Source: an uncultured Acidimicrobiales bacterium
GTDB taxonomy: Bacteria; Actinomycetota; Acidimicrobiia; Acidimicrobiales; CADCTF01
Length of the DNA: 64,000 nt
NCBI GenBank assembly: GCA_902805655.1
Contig: CADCTF010000001.1
Coordinates: forward strand, 42,953-106,952
Direction: 5' to 3'
A program made the translations under genes and the position numbers. This document shows, piece by piece, positions 40,657-49,183 of the stretch. Below the pieces are notes generated by a model. The model searched no databases. It was not told where the DNA came from and worked only from the letters and a program-made list of their open reading frames with translations. The stretch's first letter is position 1; every line of letters begins with the position of its first letter.

Positions 40657-41814
40657 TCAGCGAATGGTGAGCTCGGGCCGGTAGATCTTGCGAGGGGCGT
40701 TGCCCTCCACGAACCCGGCCAGGGCGTCGAAGGCCTGGCTGGCCTCGCCGTGGGGCTCGGACACGACGATGGGCGAACCCTCGTCACCCCCCTGACGCAG
40801 GGCCGGGATCAGGGGCACCTGGCCGGCGAGGGGAACGCCGAGGTCCGCGGCGAGGGCGGCGCCGCCGCCCGAGCCGAACAGCTCGTAGCGCTTGCCGTCG
40901 TCACCGGTGAACCAGGACATGTTCTCGATGATCCCGAAGAGAGGCAGGTTCAGCTTCTTGGCCATGTAGGCCGATCGCTGGGCCACCCGCTGAGCGGCCG
41001 GCTGCGGGGTGGTGACGACGTAGATCTCGGCGCGCGGGAGGTACTGGGCCATCGACAGCGCGATGTCACCCGTGCCGGGCGGCATGTCGACCAGCAAGAA
41101 GTCGGGCTCACCCCAGTAGACGTCGGTGAGGAACTGCTGCAGGTACTTGTGCAGCATCGGGCCCCGCCAGATCACCGGCTGGTCCTCCTCGACCAGGAAG
41201 CCCATGGAGAACACCTTCACGTCGTGGGCCACCGGCGGCACGATCATCCCGTCGATCATCACGGGGTCCTGGTCGATGCCCATCATCTTCGGCACGGAGA
41301 ACCCGTAGACGTCGGCGTCGAACACCGCCACCTCATGGCCACGTCGGGCCAGGGCCAGCGCCAGGTTGACGGTGACGGACGACTTGCCCACACCGCCCTT
41401 GCCCGAGGAGATGCCGAGCACCCGGGTGCGGGAGCCCGGCTCGTTGAACGGAATCGGCTTGGCCGCGGCAGGTGAGCCGTGGCCGTGCCCGCCACCGGCG
41501 GCATGGTCGTGCCCGTCGTGGCCACCGGCGCCCTGGAGCTTCACCTTCAGGGCGGCCCGCTCGTCGTCGGTCATCACCGTCATGTCGACCTGCACCGAGT
41601 CGACGCCGGGCAGGGCGACGACGGCGTTGGTGACCCGGCTGGTGATCTCGGCTCGCAGGGGGCAGCCGGCCACGGTGAGGGCGATGAGCACGTTGACGAC
41701 CGAGCCGCGCACCTCCACGTTCCGGACCATGTCGAGGTCGACGATGCTGCGGTGCAGCTCGGGATCTTGCACCGGGCGCAGCGCTTCGACCACCTGTTCA
41801 CGTGAGACGGGCAT
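40657..41814 (-). CDS. mrp: Mrp/ApbC-type Fe-S cluster carrier ATPase with N-terminal DUF59/MIP18 domain
   Basis: 385 aa. DPELHRSIVDLDMV (DUF59), P-loop SGKGGVGKSS, and CPxC-equivalent region. AAGGA 5 nt upstream of the ATG. Confidence 0.92.
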   Translation of the reverse strand: MPVSREQVVEALRPVQDPELHRSIVDLDMVRNVEVRGSVVNVLIALTVAGCPLRAEITSRVTNAVVALPGVDSVQVDMTVMTDDERAALKVKLQGAGGHDGHDHAAGGGHGHGSPAAAKPIPFNEPGSRTRVLGISSGKGGVGKSSVTVNLALALARRGHEVAVFDADVYGFSVPKMMGIDQDPVMIDGMIVPPVAHDVKVFSMGFLVEEDQPVIWRGPMLHKYLQQFLTDVYWGEPDFLLVDMPPGTGDIALSMAQYLPRAEIYVVTTPQPAAQRVAQRSAYMAKKLNLPLFGIIENMSWFTGDDGKRYELFGSGGGAALAADLGVPLAGQVPLIPALRQGGDEGSPIVVSEPHGEASQAFDALAGFVEGNAPRKIYRPELTIR

Positions 41815-41864
41815 CGGCTTCCTTGGGGGACGAGGGGCCGCCAGGGATTTCCACTACCGGCATA

Positions 41865-41876
41865 GGTAATATTACC
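41865..41876. promoter_or_regulatory. perfect 12-bp AT-rich palindrome GGTAATATTACC (candidate operator overlapping a TAATAT -10)
   Basis: The only such AT-rich palindrome in the window. It lies in the 65-nt mrp/regulator divergent region. TAATAT (41867-41872) is 7 nt before GTG 41880. Confidence 0.55.
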
Positions 41877-41879
41877 GGG

Positions 41880-42590
41880 GTGGATGGCCAAGCCCTGACG
41901 GGCGACGAGTTCTCGGCCATGGTGGCGGCCGTCACCAACGCGTTCGGCGACCCGACCCGGCGGGAGATCTATCTGGTCGCCCGCGACAGCGAGCGGGGCG
42001 TGACCGCGGGTGAGGTGGCCGAGCGGTTCTCCCTGCACCCCAACGTGGCTCGGCACCACCTCGACAAGCTGGCCGCCGGCGGTCACCTCGACGTCCACGT
42101 CGAACGGGTGGAGAGGGCCGGCGCCGGCCGGCCGTCCAAGCGCTACCGGCCGGCGGCCAAGGAGTCCCTCGCGTTCCCAGCCCGCCGCGACGACCTGCTG
42201 GTGACGCTGCTCGGGCGGGCACTGGCGCTGCTCCCGCGGGACCAGGCCGAGGCCCTGGCCGAGGAGGTCGGCGAGCAGTACGGCCGCTCGCTGGCGGCCC
42301 AGATGGCACCCGGTGAGCGGATGCGTTCCAGGTCGGCCGCCATGGCCGCCGTGGCCGACGCCTTCACCGCCCACGGCTTCGCGGCTCACGCCGAGGCTCG
42401 GGGCAACGGTGCGTTGGCGATCATCAACGAGCACTGCCCCTTCGGCGTCACCGCCTCGGACAACCCGGTGATCTGCGCCGTCGACCGTGGGATGGTGCGC
42501 GGCATGCTGGCCGGGCTCTACGGGGACTCGCTGCCGGCCACCGAGGCATCTCGGGCGCTGGGCGACGACGTCTGCATCACCGTCATCTGA
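41880..42590 (+). CDS. ArsR/SufR-like winged-helix regulator with C-terminal three-Cys domain
   Basis: In ORF 41802..42590. HTH region FGDPTRREIYLVARDSERGVTAGEVAERFSLHPNVARHHLDKLAAGGHL. C-terminal Cys residues in EHCPFG, VICAVD and DVCITV. Start GTG 41880 (or ATG 41919). Confidence 0.7.
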   Translation: MDGQALTGDEFSAMVAAVTNAFGDPTRREIYLVARDSERGVTAGEVAERFSLHPNVARHHLDKLAAGGHLDVHVERVERAGAGRPSKRYRPAAKESLAFPARRDDLLVTLLGRALALLPRDQAEALAEEVGEQYGRSLAAQMAPGERMRSRSAAMAAVADAFTAHGFAAHAEARGNGALAIINEHCPFGVTASDNPVICAVDRGMVRGMLAGLYGDSLPATEASRALGDDVCITVI

Positions 42591-42596
42591 CGCCGG

Positions 42597-43721
42597 GTGA
42601 GCCGCGCCTACCTCGACCACGCGTCGACGAGCCCGCTTCGCCCACAGGCCCTGGAGGCGATGCTGCCGTGGCTCGGGGGTGTGGTGGCCGACCCGGGGCG
42701 CGTGCACACCGAGGGCCTGATGGCTCGCGCCGCGCTCGAGGAGGCCCGTCAGCAGGTGGCCGCGCTGCTAGGGGCCCGGCCCCGGGAGGTGGTGCTCACC
42801 AGCGGGGCGACCGAGTCGATCAATGCCGCCACCTACGGCGCCACCGCGTCCCGAGGGCGGCGGATCGTCGCACCTGCGGTGGAGCACTCTGCGGTGCTCG
42901 AGGCGTCCGCCCGTTGGGGCGATCTGGTGCGGGTGCGGGTCGACGACTCGGGTCGCGTCGACGCCGACGAGCTGCTGGACGTCGTGGACGCGGCGCCGAC
43001 CGCCCTGGTGCACCTTCAATGGGCCAACCACGAGGTCGGCACGCGCCAGCCCGTGGCCGCCGTCGTGGACGGGTGCAGGGAGCGCGGGGTGCTGGTGCAC
43101 GTGGACGCGGCCCAGGCGGCCGGGCACCTGCCCATCGCCTTCGATGCGCTCGGCGCCGACCTCTTGTCGGTGAGCGCACACAAGCTCGGTGGGCCGAAGG
43201 GCGCCGGCGCGCTCCTCGTGCGTCGAGGCCTGCGCCTGCCCCCCCTGCTGCTCGGCGGCGACCAGGAGCGGGCGCGCCGGGCCGGCATGGAGAACCTGCC
43301 CGCTCAGGTCGGCTTCGGGGCGGCCGCCGAGGCGCTCGTCGGATCGCTCGACGACGAAGCGGCTGCGGCCGCCGGCGCGTGCGGGCACCTGTTGGAAGCG
43401 GCGCTCGCCGTGCCAGGAGTCAGCCTCTACGGGGATCCCGACCAGTCGGGTCGACTGCCGCACCTCGTGTGCCTCGGCGTGGAGCTGGTCGAGGCCGAAG
43501 CCGTGCTGCTCGCGCTCGACCAGGCGGGGGTGGCGGCTCACTCCGGCAGCGCCTGCTCGTCGGAGTCCCTGGAGCCGTCGCCCGTGCTCCTCGCCATGGG
43601 CATCGAAGCGGAGCGGTCACTCCGGCTGTCGGTCGGCTGGTCGACGTCCCCGGACGACGTCGATGCCTTCGCCCGCGCCTTCCCTGGCGTCGTCGCGCGT
43701 CTCAGGAGCCTCCGGGGGTGA
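42597..43721 (+). CDS. cysteine desulfurase (NifS/IscS-like, class V aminotransferase)
   Basis: 374 aa. PLP lysine in SVSAHKLGGPKG, catalytic Cys in HSGSACSS. GTG start 6 nt after the regulator stop. Confidence 0.9.
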   Translation: MSRAYLDHASTSPLRPQALEAMLPWLGGVVADPGRVHTEGLMARAALEEARQQVAALLGARPREVVLTSGATESINAATYGATASRGRRIVAPAVEHSAVLEASARWGDLVRVRVDDSGRVDADELLDVVDAAPTALVHLQWANHEVGTRQPVAAVVDGCRERGVLVHVDAAQAAGHLPIAFDALGADLLSVSAHKLGGPKGAGALLVRRGLRLPPLLLGGDQERARRAGMENLPAQVGFGAAAEALVGSLDDEAAAAAGACGHLLEAALAVPGVSLYGDPDQSGRLPHLVCLGVELVEAEAVLLALDQAGVAAHSGSACSSESLEPSPVLLAMGIEAERSLRLSVGWSTSPDDVDAFARAFPGVVARLRSLRG

Positions 43722-44598
43722 GCTTCTCGTCATCGGCTGCCTCGGCGCCCGGGTCGACCGACCGACCTCGCGGTCTCGACCGGGTCGACCTCCACAGGCT
43801 CGGCCGTTGTGGCTGCAGCACCGCCCTCCCCCGTCGTAGAGCGACACTCGCAAAGCGGTAGAGGGACCAAGGCGCGGCGGCCACGGTCGCCAGCACGGCG
43901 ACCGTCGCCATGCCGCGAAGGGGCGCTCCCGGCCCGGACCCGACGGACAGTGCGACGAGAGCCAAGCCCACGGCGGCCCCGGCCAGACCGGCGCCGACGA
44001 GGCGGTGCGCGGTCGCCGATCGCAGGGCGGCATCGACCTCCGGCGCCCCGAGGCCCCGGCGAGCGAGGAGGCGGCGCGTGAGCACCTCCACCGTCACGCA
44101 GCCCGCCGCCACGCCGAGAGCGCCGGCAACAGCACCCCGTGGAACGTCACCGCCGGCCGACCGAAGCGCCACCAAGGCGACGACCACGGTGGCCGCGCCT
44201 GTCGCTCGCAACGCCCAGATGGCGGCAGAGGGAACGTGGTCCTCGAGACGGGCGGGGCCGTCGACGGCAGGCGCTCGAAACCGCCTGGCGGCCACCAGCT
44301 CGCTGAGGATCGAGGCGGCGGCATGGCCGAGCACGAGGCCGGCGAAGGGACCGCTGGCCACCGGCGACAGCGAACCGATCACCCATCCCAGGCTGCTGCC
44401 GAGCGCGTGGTCCTGGAACCACCGGACCAGGTACAGGCGAACGGCCGGCCTCTCCCCTTCCGGCACTGCGACTCCCGACCCTGCCTCCCACTCTGCGAGC
44501 AGGTCGTCGCCCACCCGCCGGCGGGCGCGGAGCACGAGCAGGGCTGGGGGCCCGAGCACGAGCAGGGCGATCACCAGCACCTCGAGGACGAGGATCAC
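43702..44598 (-). CDS. hypothetical integral membrane protein
   Basis: 298 aa. High third-position G/C and several hydrophobic spans. Starts 9 nt after the stop of the Moco gene at 44608. Its 3' end overlaps the convergent desulfurase gene by 20 nt. Confidence 0.55.
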   Translation of the reverse strand: MILVLEVLVIALLVLGPPALLVLRARRRVGDDLLAEWEAGSGVAVPEGERPAVRLYLVRWFQDHALGSSLGWVIGSLSPVASGPFAGLVLGHAAASILSELVAARRFRAPAVDGPARLEDHVPSAAIWALRATGAATVVVALVALRSAGGDVPRGAVAGALGVAAGCVTVEVLTRRLLARRGLGAPEVDAALRSATAHRLVGAGLAGAAVGLALVALSVGSGPGAPLRGMATVAVLATVAAAPWSLYRFASVALRRGRAVLQPQRPSLWRSTRSRPRGRSVDPGAEAADDEKLTPGGS

Positions 44599-44607
44599 GG
44601 CGTGGCG

Positions 44608-45240
44608 TCAGTCGTCGGCGTAGCGCTGCTCCAAGAAGGGATCGCCGTGCATGGAGTAGCCGTTGCTCTCCCAGAAGCCGGGCGTGTCGAGCGGCAGCAG
44701 CTCGAGGCCTCGGAGCCACTTGGCCGACTTCCAGAGGTACAGGTGGGGCACCAGGAACCGCACCGGGTAGCCGTGGTCGGGGTCGAGCGGTCGACCTCCG
44801 TGCTCGTAGGCCAGCAGCGCCCTCGGCTGACCCTTCGAGTCGGTGCCGACCACGTCGTCGAGCGCCACGTTGGCCGTGTAGCCGTACTCGCTGTGGCACA
44901 TCAGATGGGTCGCAGCAGGATGCACGTCCACCAGCTGGAGCACGGCCTCGAAGGGCACGCCGCGCCAACCGGTGTCGAACCTCGACCACTTGGTGACGCA
45001 GTGGATGTCGACCTCGATCGACACTGACGGAAGGGACATGAGCTCGCCCCAGCTCAGGACGCGGCGCTCGGTCACCATGCCGAAGACCCTGAGGTCCCAC
45101 CGGGACAGGTCCGGGTACTCGGGGACGTCACCGACGTGGAGCACCGGGAAGCGCTCGGTGGCGTACTGCCCAGGCGGAAGCCGCTCGGTCGCGATGCCAC
45201 GGGCCACGAGCTCGTGTCGGTTGCGCTCGAAGAAGCCCAC
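44608..45240 (-). CDS. cytoplasmic molybdopterin-binding oxidoreductase domain protein (sulfite-oxidase fold)
   Basis: 210 aa with no signal peptide. DIHCVTKWSRFD (Mo-ligand Cys context) and GYPVRFLVPHLYLWKSAKWL. Confidence 0.83.
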   Translation of the reverse strand: MGFFERNRHELVARGIATERLPPGQYATERFPVLHVGDVPEYPDLSRWDLRVFGMVTERRVLSWGELMSLPSVSIEVDIHCVTKWSRFDTGWRGVPFEAVLQLVDVHPAATHLMCHSEYGYTANVALDDVVGTDSKGQPRALLAYEHGGRPLDPDHGYPVRFLVPHLYLWKSAKWLRGLELLPLDTPGFWESNGYSMHGDPFLEQRYADD

Positions 45241-45246
45241 GCTGCG

Positions 45247-45252
45247 ACTCTA
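45247..45252 (-). promoter_or_regulatory. putative -10 hexamer TAGAGT (minus strand), 6 nt before GTG 45240
   Basis: TANNNT at leaderless spacing. Confidence 0.4.
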
Positions 45253-45281
45253 GGTTCCTGGCCTGAGTCAGAGGCGGTGGG

Positions 45282-45848
45282 TCAGCTTCGCTTCCCGGGC
45301 GCCGCTGCGGCCCTCTCCCAGACCTTCACCTGCCGGATCGACGCCGGGTCCGATCGAGGTGCCCAGTCGTCCAGCTGAGCGAACATCGTGAAGCCGCCGT
45401 TCTTCGCGACTCGCTCGGACCCGACGTTGCCCAGCATCGTCACCAAGCGGAGCCGATCCGCCGGGAGCGCGGTGAACGCCCACAACGACACGAGGTTCAG
45501 CGCGTGGCTGGCCAGACCGCGCCTTCGTCCCCACGGTGCGATCCAGTACCCGATGCTCGGCGGTACCTCGGAGTCGACAGCTCGCCGGTTGACGGAGATC
45601 GTGCCGCACATCCTCGGGCTTCCCAGCTGTGCGATGGCGAACGAGTAGCCGGTTCCCGCGGCCCGCCGGGCGGGTTGGGACTCGATCCAGGCACGCGCGT
45701 CCTCGGTCGTATAGGGCGTCGGGATCGTGGCCGTCCACCGGACGATCTCCTCGTCCTGGCAAGCAGCCGTGACGTCGTCGACGTCGGCGAGCGTGAAGTG
45801 GCGCAGCACGACCACGTCGTCGTGAAGGGCGGGTGGCTCGAAGGTCAC
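45282..45848 (-). CDS. GNAT-family N-acetyltransferase (RimJ/RimL-like)
   Basis: C-terminal 188 aa of ORF 45282..47033, from GTG 45848 (VTFEPPALHDDVVVLRHFTLADVDDV...IGYWIAPWGRRRGLASHAL...). Confidence 0.83.
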   Translation of the reverse strand: MTFEPPALHDDVVVLRHFTLADVDDVTAACQDEEIVRWTATIPTPYTTEDARAWIESQPARRAAGTGYSFAIAQLGSPRMCGTISVNRRAVDSEVPPSIGYWIAPWGRRRGLASHALNLVSLWAFTALPADRLRLVTMLGNVGSERVAKNGGFTMFAQLDDWAPRSDPASIRQVKVWERAAAAPGKRS

Positions 45849-45904
45849 GGCACCAACGTCATCGGTGGATGCCAGTTCGCCGATGCAACCGGGCCGCGGC
45901 CTCG

Positions 45905-47338
45905 TCAGAGACCGAGCGCCCGCTCGACGGCATCGATGCCGAAGTAGACGACGAACAGCGCGGCGATGAGCCAGAGCAAGGGATGCACGTCCCGGGCCCG
46001 TCCACGAGCCAGCTTGATGACCGCGTAGGAGATGAAGCCGGCGCCGATGCCGTTGGTGATCGAGTACGTGAACGGCATGAGCACGATGGTGAGGAAGGCG
46101 GGGATGGCGATGTCGTAGTCGTCCCACGGGATGTGCTTGACCTGGGTCATGAGCAGGAAGCCGACCACCACCAGCGCGGGCGACGCCGCCTCGTACGGGA
46201 CGATCTCCACCAGCGGGCTCACGAACAGCGCCACCAGGAACAGCGCACCGGTGACCACGTTGGCCAGGCCGGTACGAGCTCCGTCGGCCACGCCGGCGGC
46301 CGACTCGATGTAGGAGGTGTTGGAGGAGGCGGAGGCGGCGCCGCCGGCCACCGCGGCGACCGAGTCGACGAAGAGCACCCGCTGCACGCCGGGAAGCTTG
46401 CCCTCCTCGTCGAGCAGCCCGGCCTCCGAGCCGACGCCGACCACGGTGCCCATGGTGTCGAAGAAGTCGGCCAGCATCAGGGTGAAGACGAAGAGGATGG
46501 CGCTCAGCACGCCGACCTGTACAAACGAGCCGGTCAGGGAGAACTGGCCGAGCAGGCCGAAGTCGGGAAGCGCGAAGAGCTGGTCGGGGACGTCGGGCAC
46601 GTTCAGCTGCCACCCACGTGGGTTCGTGGCACCGTCGGGCCCCACCGCAGCCGGGATCTTGAACAGCGCCTGCACGATCATGGCGAACACCGTCGTGCCG
46701 ACGATGCCGATCAGGATGCCGCCACGAACCTTGCGGGCCACCAGGATGGCGGTGAGCAGGAGGCCGAACGCGAACACCAGCGTCGGCCAACCGACGAGGC
46801 GACCGCCCACACCCAGCCCCACCGGCACCGGCGTGTTGGCGGCATCGGGGCTCCGGCGGACGAAGCCGGCATCGACGAAGCCGATGAAGGCGATGAACAA
46901 CCCGATGCCGACGCTGATCGACTGCTTCAGGGCAAGCGGGATGGCGTCGAACACCGCCCGCCGGAAGCCGGTGAGCACGAGGACGGTGATGATGATGCCC
47001 TCGATCACCACGACGCCCATGGCGGCAGGCCACGACATCACCGAGGCGAGCTGGAAGGCGACCACGCCGTTGAGCCCCAGCCCGGCGGCGATGGCGAAGG
47101 GATACCGGCCGACGATTCCCATCAGCAGCGTCATGACGGCGGCCACCAGAGCCGTCACCGTGGTGACCTGGGCGAAGCTCAGGGAGTTTCCGTTCACGTC
47201 GGGCGCGGCCGACAGGATGATGGGGTTGAGCACCACGATGTAGGCCATCGTGAAGAAGGTGGCCAGGCCGCCGCGCACCTCGGCTCGGACGCTGGAACCG
47301 CGGTCGGTTATGCCGAAGTAGCGATCAAGAGCCTCCAT
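45905..47338 (-). CDS. NCS2-family purine (adenine/guanine/hypoxanthine) permease, AzgA/PbuG-like
   Basis: 477 aa. MEALDRYFGITDRGSSVRAEVRGGLATFFTMAYIVVLNP... and ...SNTSYIESAAGVADGARTGL.... Confidence 0.92.
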   Translation of the reverse strand: MEALDRYFGITDRGSSVRAEVRGGLATFFTMAYIVVLNPIILSAAPDVNGNSLSFAQVTTVTALVAAVMTLLMGIVGRYPFAIAAGLGLNGVVAFQLASVMSWPAAMGVVVIEGIIITVLVLTGFRRAVFDAIPLALKQSISVGIGLFIAFIGFVDAGFVRRSPDAANTPVPVGLGVGGRLVGWPTLVFAFGLLLTAILVARKVRGGILIGIVGTTVFAMIVQALFKIPAAVGPDGATNPRGWQLNVPDVPDQLFALPDFGLLGQFSLTGSFVQVGVLSAILFVFTLMLADFFDTMGTVVGVGSEAGLLDEEGKLPGVQRVLFVDSVAAVAGGAASASSNTSYIESAAGVADGARTGLANVVTGALFLVALFVSPLVEIVPYEAASPALVVVGFLLMTQVKHIPWDDYDIAIPAFLTIVLMPFTYSITNGIGAGFISYAVIKLARGRARDVHPLLWLIAALFVVYFGIDAVERALGL

Positions 47339-47388
47339 GCGCGAAGTGTATGGACGGCCGCGAACCTGGTCGGCGATGGTCCCCGGGG

Positions 47389-48123
47389 TCAGCCGGCGGG
47401 CGCGGCCGCGGCGGCAGCCAATGCCCTGGATCGCCCCTGTTCGAGCCCGGCTCGCACCGGGGGTGCCGGCTCCTTGGCCAGGCCGGTGTCGAACTCCCGG
47501 ATGGCGGCCGCCGCGTCCCCTTGGTTGAGGCGCACCATGCCCCGGAAGAAGTAGGCGTCGGCGTAGCCGGGGTCGGCGGCCACGGCTGCGTCCAGGTAGC
47601 GCATCGCCTCCGGCAGGCCGACCTGGTGGAGCAGCCAGCCGCGTTGGGCCAGCGCCACCGGGTTGGTCGGGTCCTCCTTCAGCACCTCGTCGTACAGCTT
47701 GATGGCGTCGAGGATCCGGCCCTCTGACACCAGGAGCTGAGCTCGGGTGATGCGGTCGATGCTGCTCAGCTCGATCGAACCGGTCACCTCGTCCCCGGCC
47801 ATGCGCTCGCCGGCCGACTGGGAGACGGCGAAGCCGGCGCCGACGGCCAAGAGGGCCACTCCGAAGGCAGCCGCCACCGCCTTGCCTCGACCACGAGCTG
47901 GTGAGGCGTCGGTGGTGCCCGGGGACGGCCGGGGTGCGGCGCGCACCGTGCGACGGGCCGGGGGGGGTTCCAGCCGGCGCAGCACGTCGGCGGCGCGAGC
48001 GGTGTAGTCGCGACGCAAGGCCTCGTAGTCGGCGTCCTCGATGTCGCCCGCCGCATGCTCGGCGTCGAGGTCCCGGATCGATGCGAGGAGGAAGTCCCGC
48101 TCCTCTTCCGGCCGGCTGCTCAT
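47389..48123 (-). CDS. CcmI/CycH-like TPR membrane protein (last gene of the ccm operon)
   Basis: From ATG 48123 (ATGA overlap with the ccmH stop). Acidic N-terminal segment, single TM (AVAAAFGVALLAVGAGFAV), then a TPR-like region (AIKLYDEVLKEDPTNPVALAQRGW...DAYFFRGM...). Confidence 0.55.
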   Translation of the reverse strand: MSSRPEEERDFLLASIRDLDAEHAAGDIEDADYEALRRDYTARAADVLRRLEPPPARRTVRAAPRPSPGTTDASPARGRGKAVAAAFGVALLAVGAGFAVSQSAGERMAGDEVTGSIELSSIDRITRAQLLVSEGRILDAIKLYDEVLKEDPTNPVALAQRGWLLHQVGLPEAMRYLDAAVAADPGYADAYFFRGMVRLNQGDAAAAIREFDTGLAKEPAPPVRAGLEQGRSRALAAAAAAPAG

Positions 48124-48566
48124 CGCCGCAGCGCTTCGTCCACCAGGTGCTGGTCCTCCACCGTCAGAGGACGGGACGGTGACTGCTTCCACCGCCGGAA
48201 CGCCACCACCATGCCGGCCGCGGCGAGCACAGCCGCGGCGACGGGGAGGGCCCACACCAACCCGGCCACACCCGAGGTCGGGGGCCGGAGGCTCGAGTCG
48301 GGGTACTTGGCGGCGATGTAGGCGCGCACCTCCTCGTCGCTCTGACCCTCGTCGACGCGGCTCCGTATCTCCAGGCGCATGGCCTGGGCGGCCGGCGCGT
48401 CGGACTCGGCGATGGAGAGGCCGGCGCACACGGGGCATCGGATGTCCCGCGCGATGGCGTCGGCCCGGGCCTCGCCCCTCAGCGCTCCGCCGCCGGCCGT
48501 GGCGCCGTAGCTCAGAGCCAGGAGGAGCACGACGGCCATGGCCGCCCAGGAAGCCCATCGCCTCAC
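48120..48566 (-). CDS. ccmH: cytochrome c biogenesis protein CcmH
   Basis: 148 aa. Signal/TM, RCPVC redox motif and a C-terminal TM. GTGA overlap with the ccmG stop. Confidence 0.85.
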   Translation of the reverse strand: MRRWASWAAMAVVLLLALSYGATAGGGALRGEARADAIARDIRCPVCAGLSIAESDAPAAQAMRLEIRSRVDEGQSDEEVRAYIAAKYPDSSLRPPTSGVAGLVWALPVAAAVLAAAGMVVAFRRWKQSPSRPLTVEDQHLVDEALRR

Positions 48567-49183
48567 GAGCGCATCACGCGAGCCTGCTCGACGAGCGCTT
48601 CGAGCCCGTTCAGGTCGACCGAGCCGGTGATGCGGGCCAGCACCACGCCGTCGGGGTCGATGAGGAACGACTCAGGGACTCCCCGAACGCCGAAGTCGAG
48701 CGCCACCTTGCCGTTCGGATCCGTGATGACCGGCCACGAGCCACCGTTCTTGGCGAAGAACCCACGGGCGTTCTCGGGAGTGTCGCTGTAGATCACGGCC
48801 ACGATGCGGGCCTCGTTGGACTGCTCGTAGCGCTGGCTGAACGCCACCAGGTCGTCGTGCTCCTCCTTGCACGGCACGCACCAGGAGGCGAAGAAGTTCA
48901 CCACGACGTACGAGCCGCGCATCTGGGCGAGGCGCACGGTCTCGCCGTCGAGCCCCGAGCCGGTTACCTCCGGCGCCAGCTTCCCGGTGAGCGGGCTGGG
49001 CGCAACGGTGTTGAGCCCGGACTCCCGGGTCGCGACCACGGCGAGGAAGCCCAGCACCACGATGCCGACGACCACGGCGATCCACCGCGCCGTGTGCGAG
49101 GCGCGCCTGCCTGGTGTCTCCGACGGCCCCCCGCCGGCGCCGTTCGGCCCGCTCTCGGCCGCAGCCGCGGTCAACGTGGTCAT
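48563..49183 (-). CDS. ccmG: thiol:disulfide oxidoreductase CcmG/DsbE (TlpA family)
   Basis: 206 aa. N-terminal TM and FFASWCVPCKEE thioredoxin motif. ATGA overlap with the ccmF stop. Confidence 0.85.
   Translation of the reverse strand: MTTLTAAAAESGPNGAGGGPSETPGRRASHTARWIAVVVGIVVLGFLAVVATRESGLNTVAPSPLTGKLAPEVTGSGLDGETVRLAQMRGSYVVVNFFASWCVPCKEEHDDLVAFSQRYEQSNEARIVAVIYSDTPENARGFFAKNGGSWPVITDPNGKVALDFGVRGVPESFLIDPDGVVLARITGSVDLNGLEALVEQARVMRS

Noticed and set aside
45833-47554. 573-aa plus-strand ORF, and the 583-aa minus ORF 45282..47033, overlapping the purine permease
   Set aside because: The NCS2 permease frame (45905..47338, minus strand) has clear family motifs and TM pattern. The others are out-of-frame or antisense shadows. 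Only the last 188 codons of 45282..47033 (the GNAT gene) are real.
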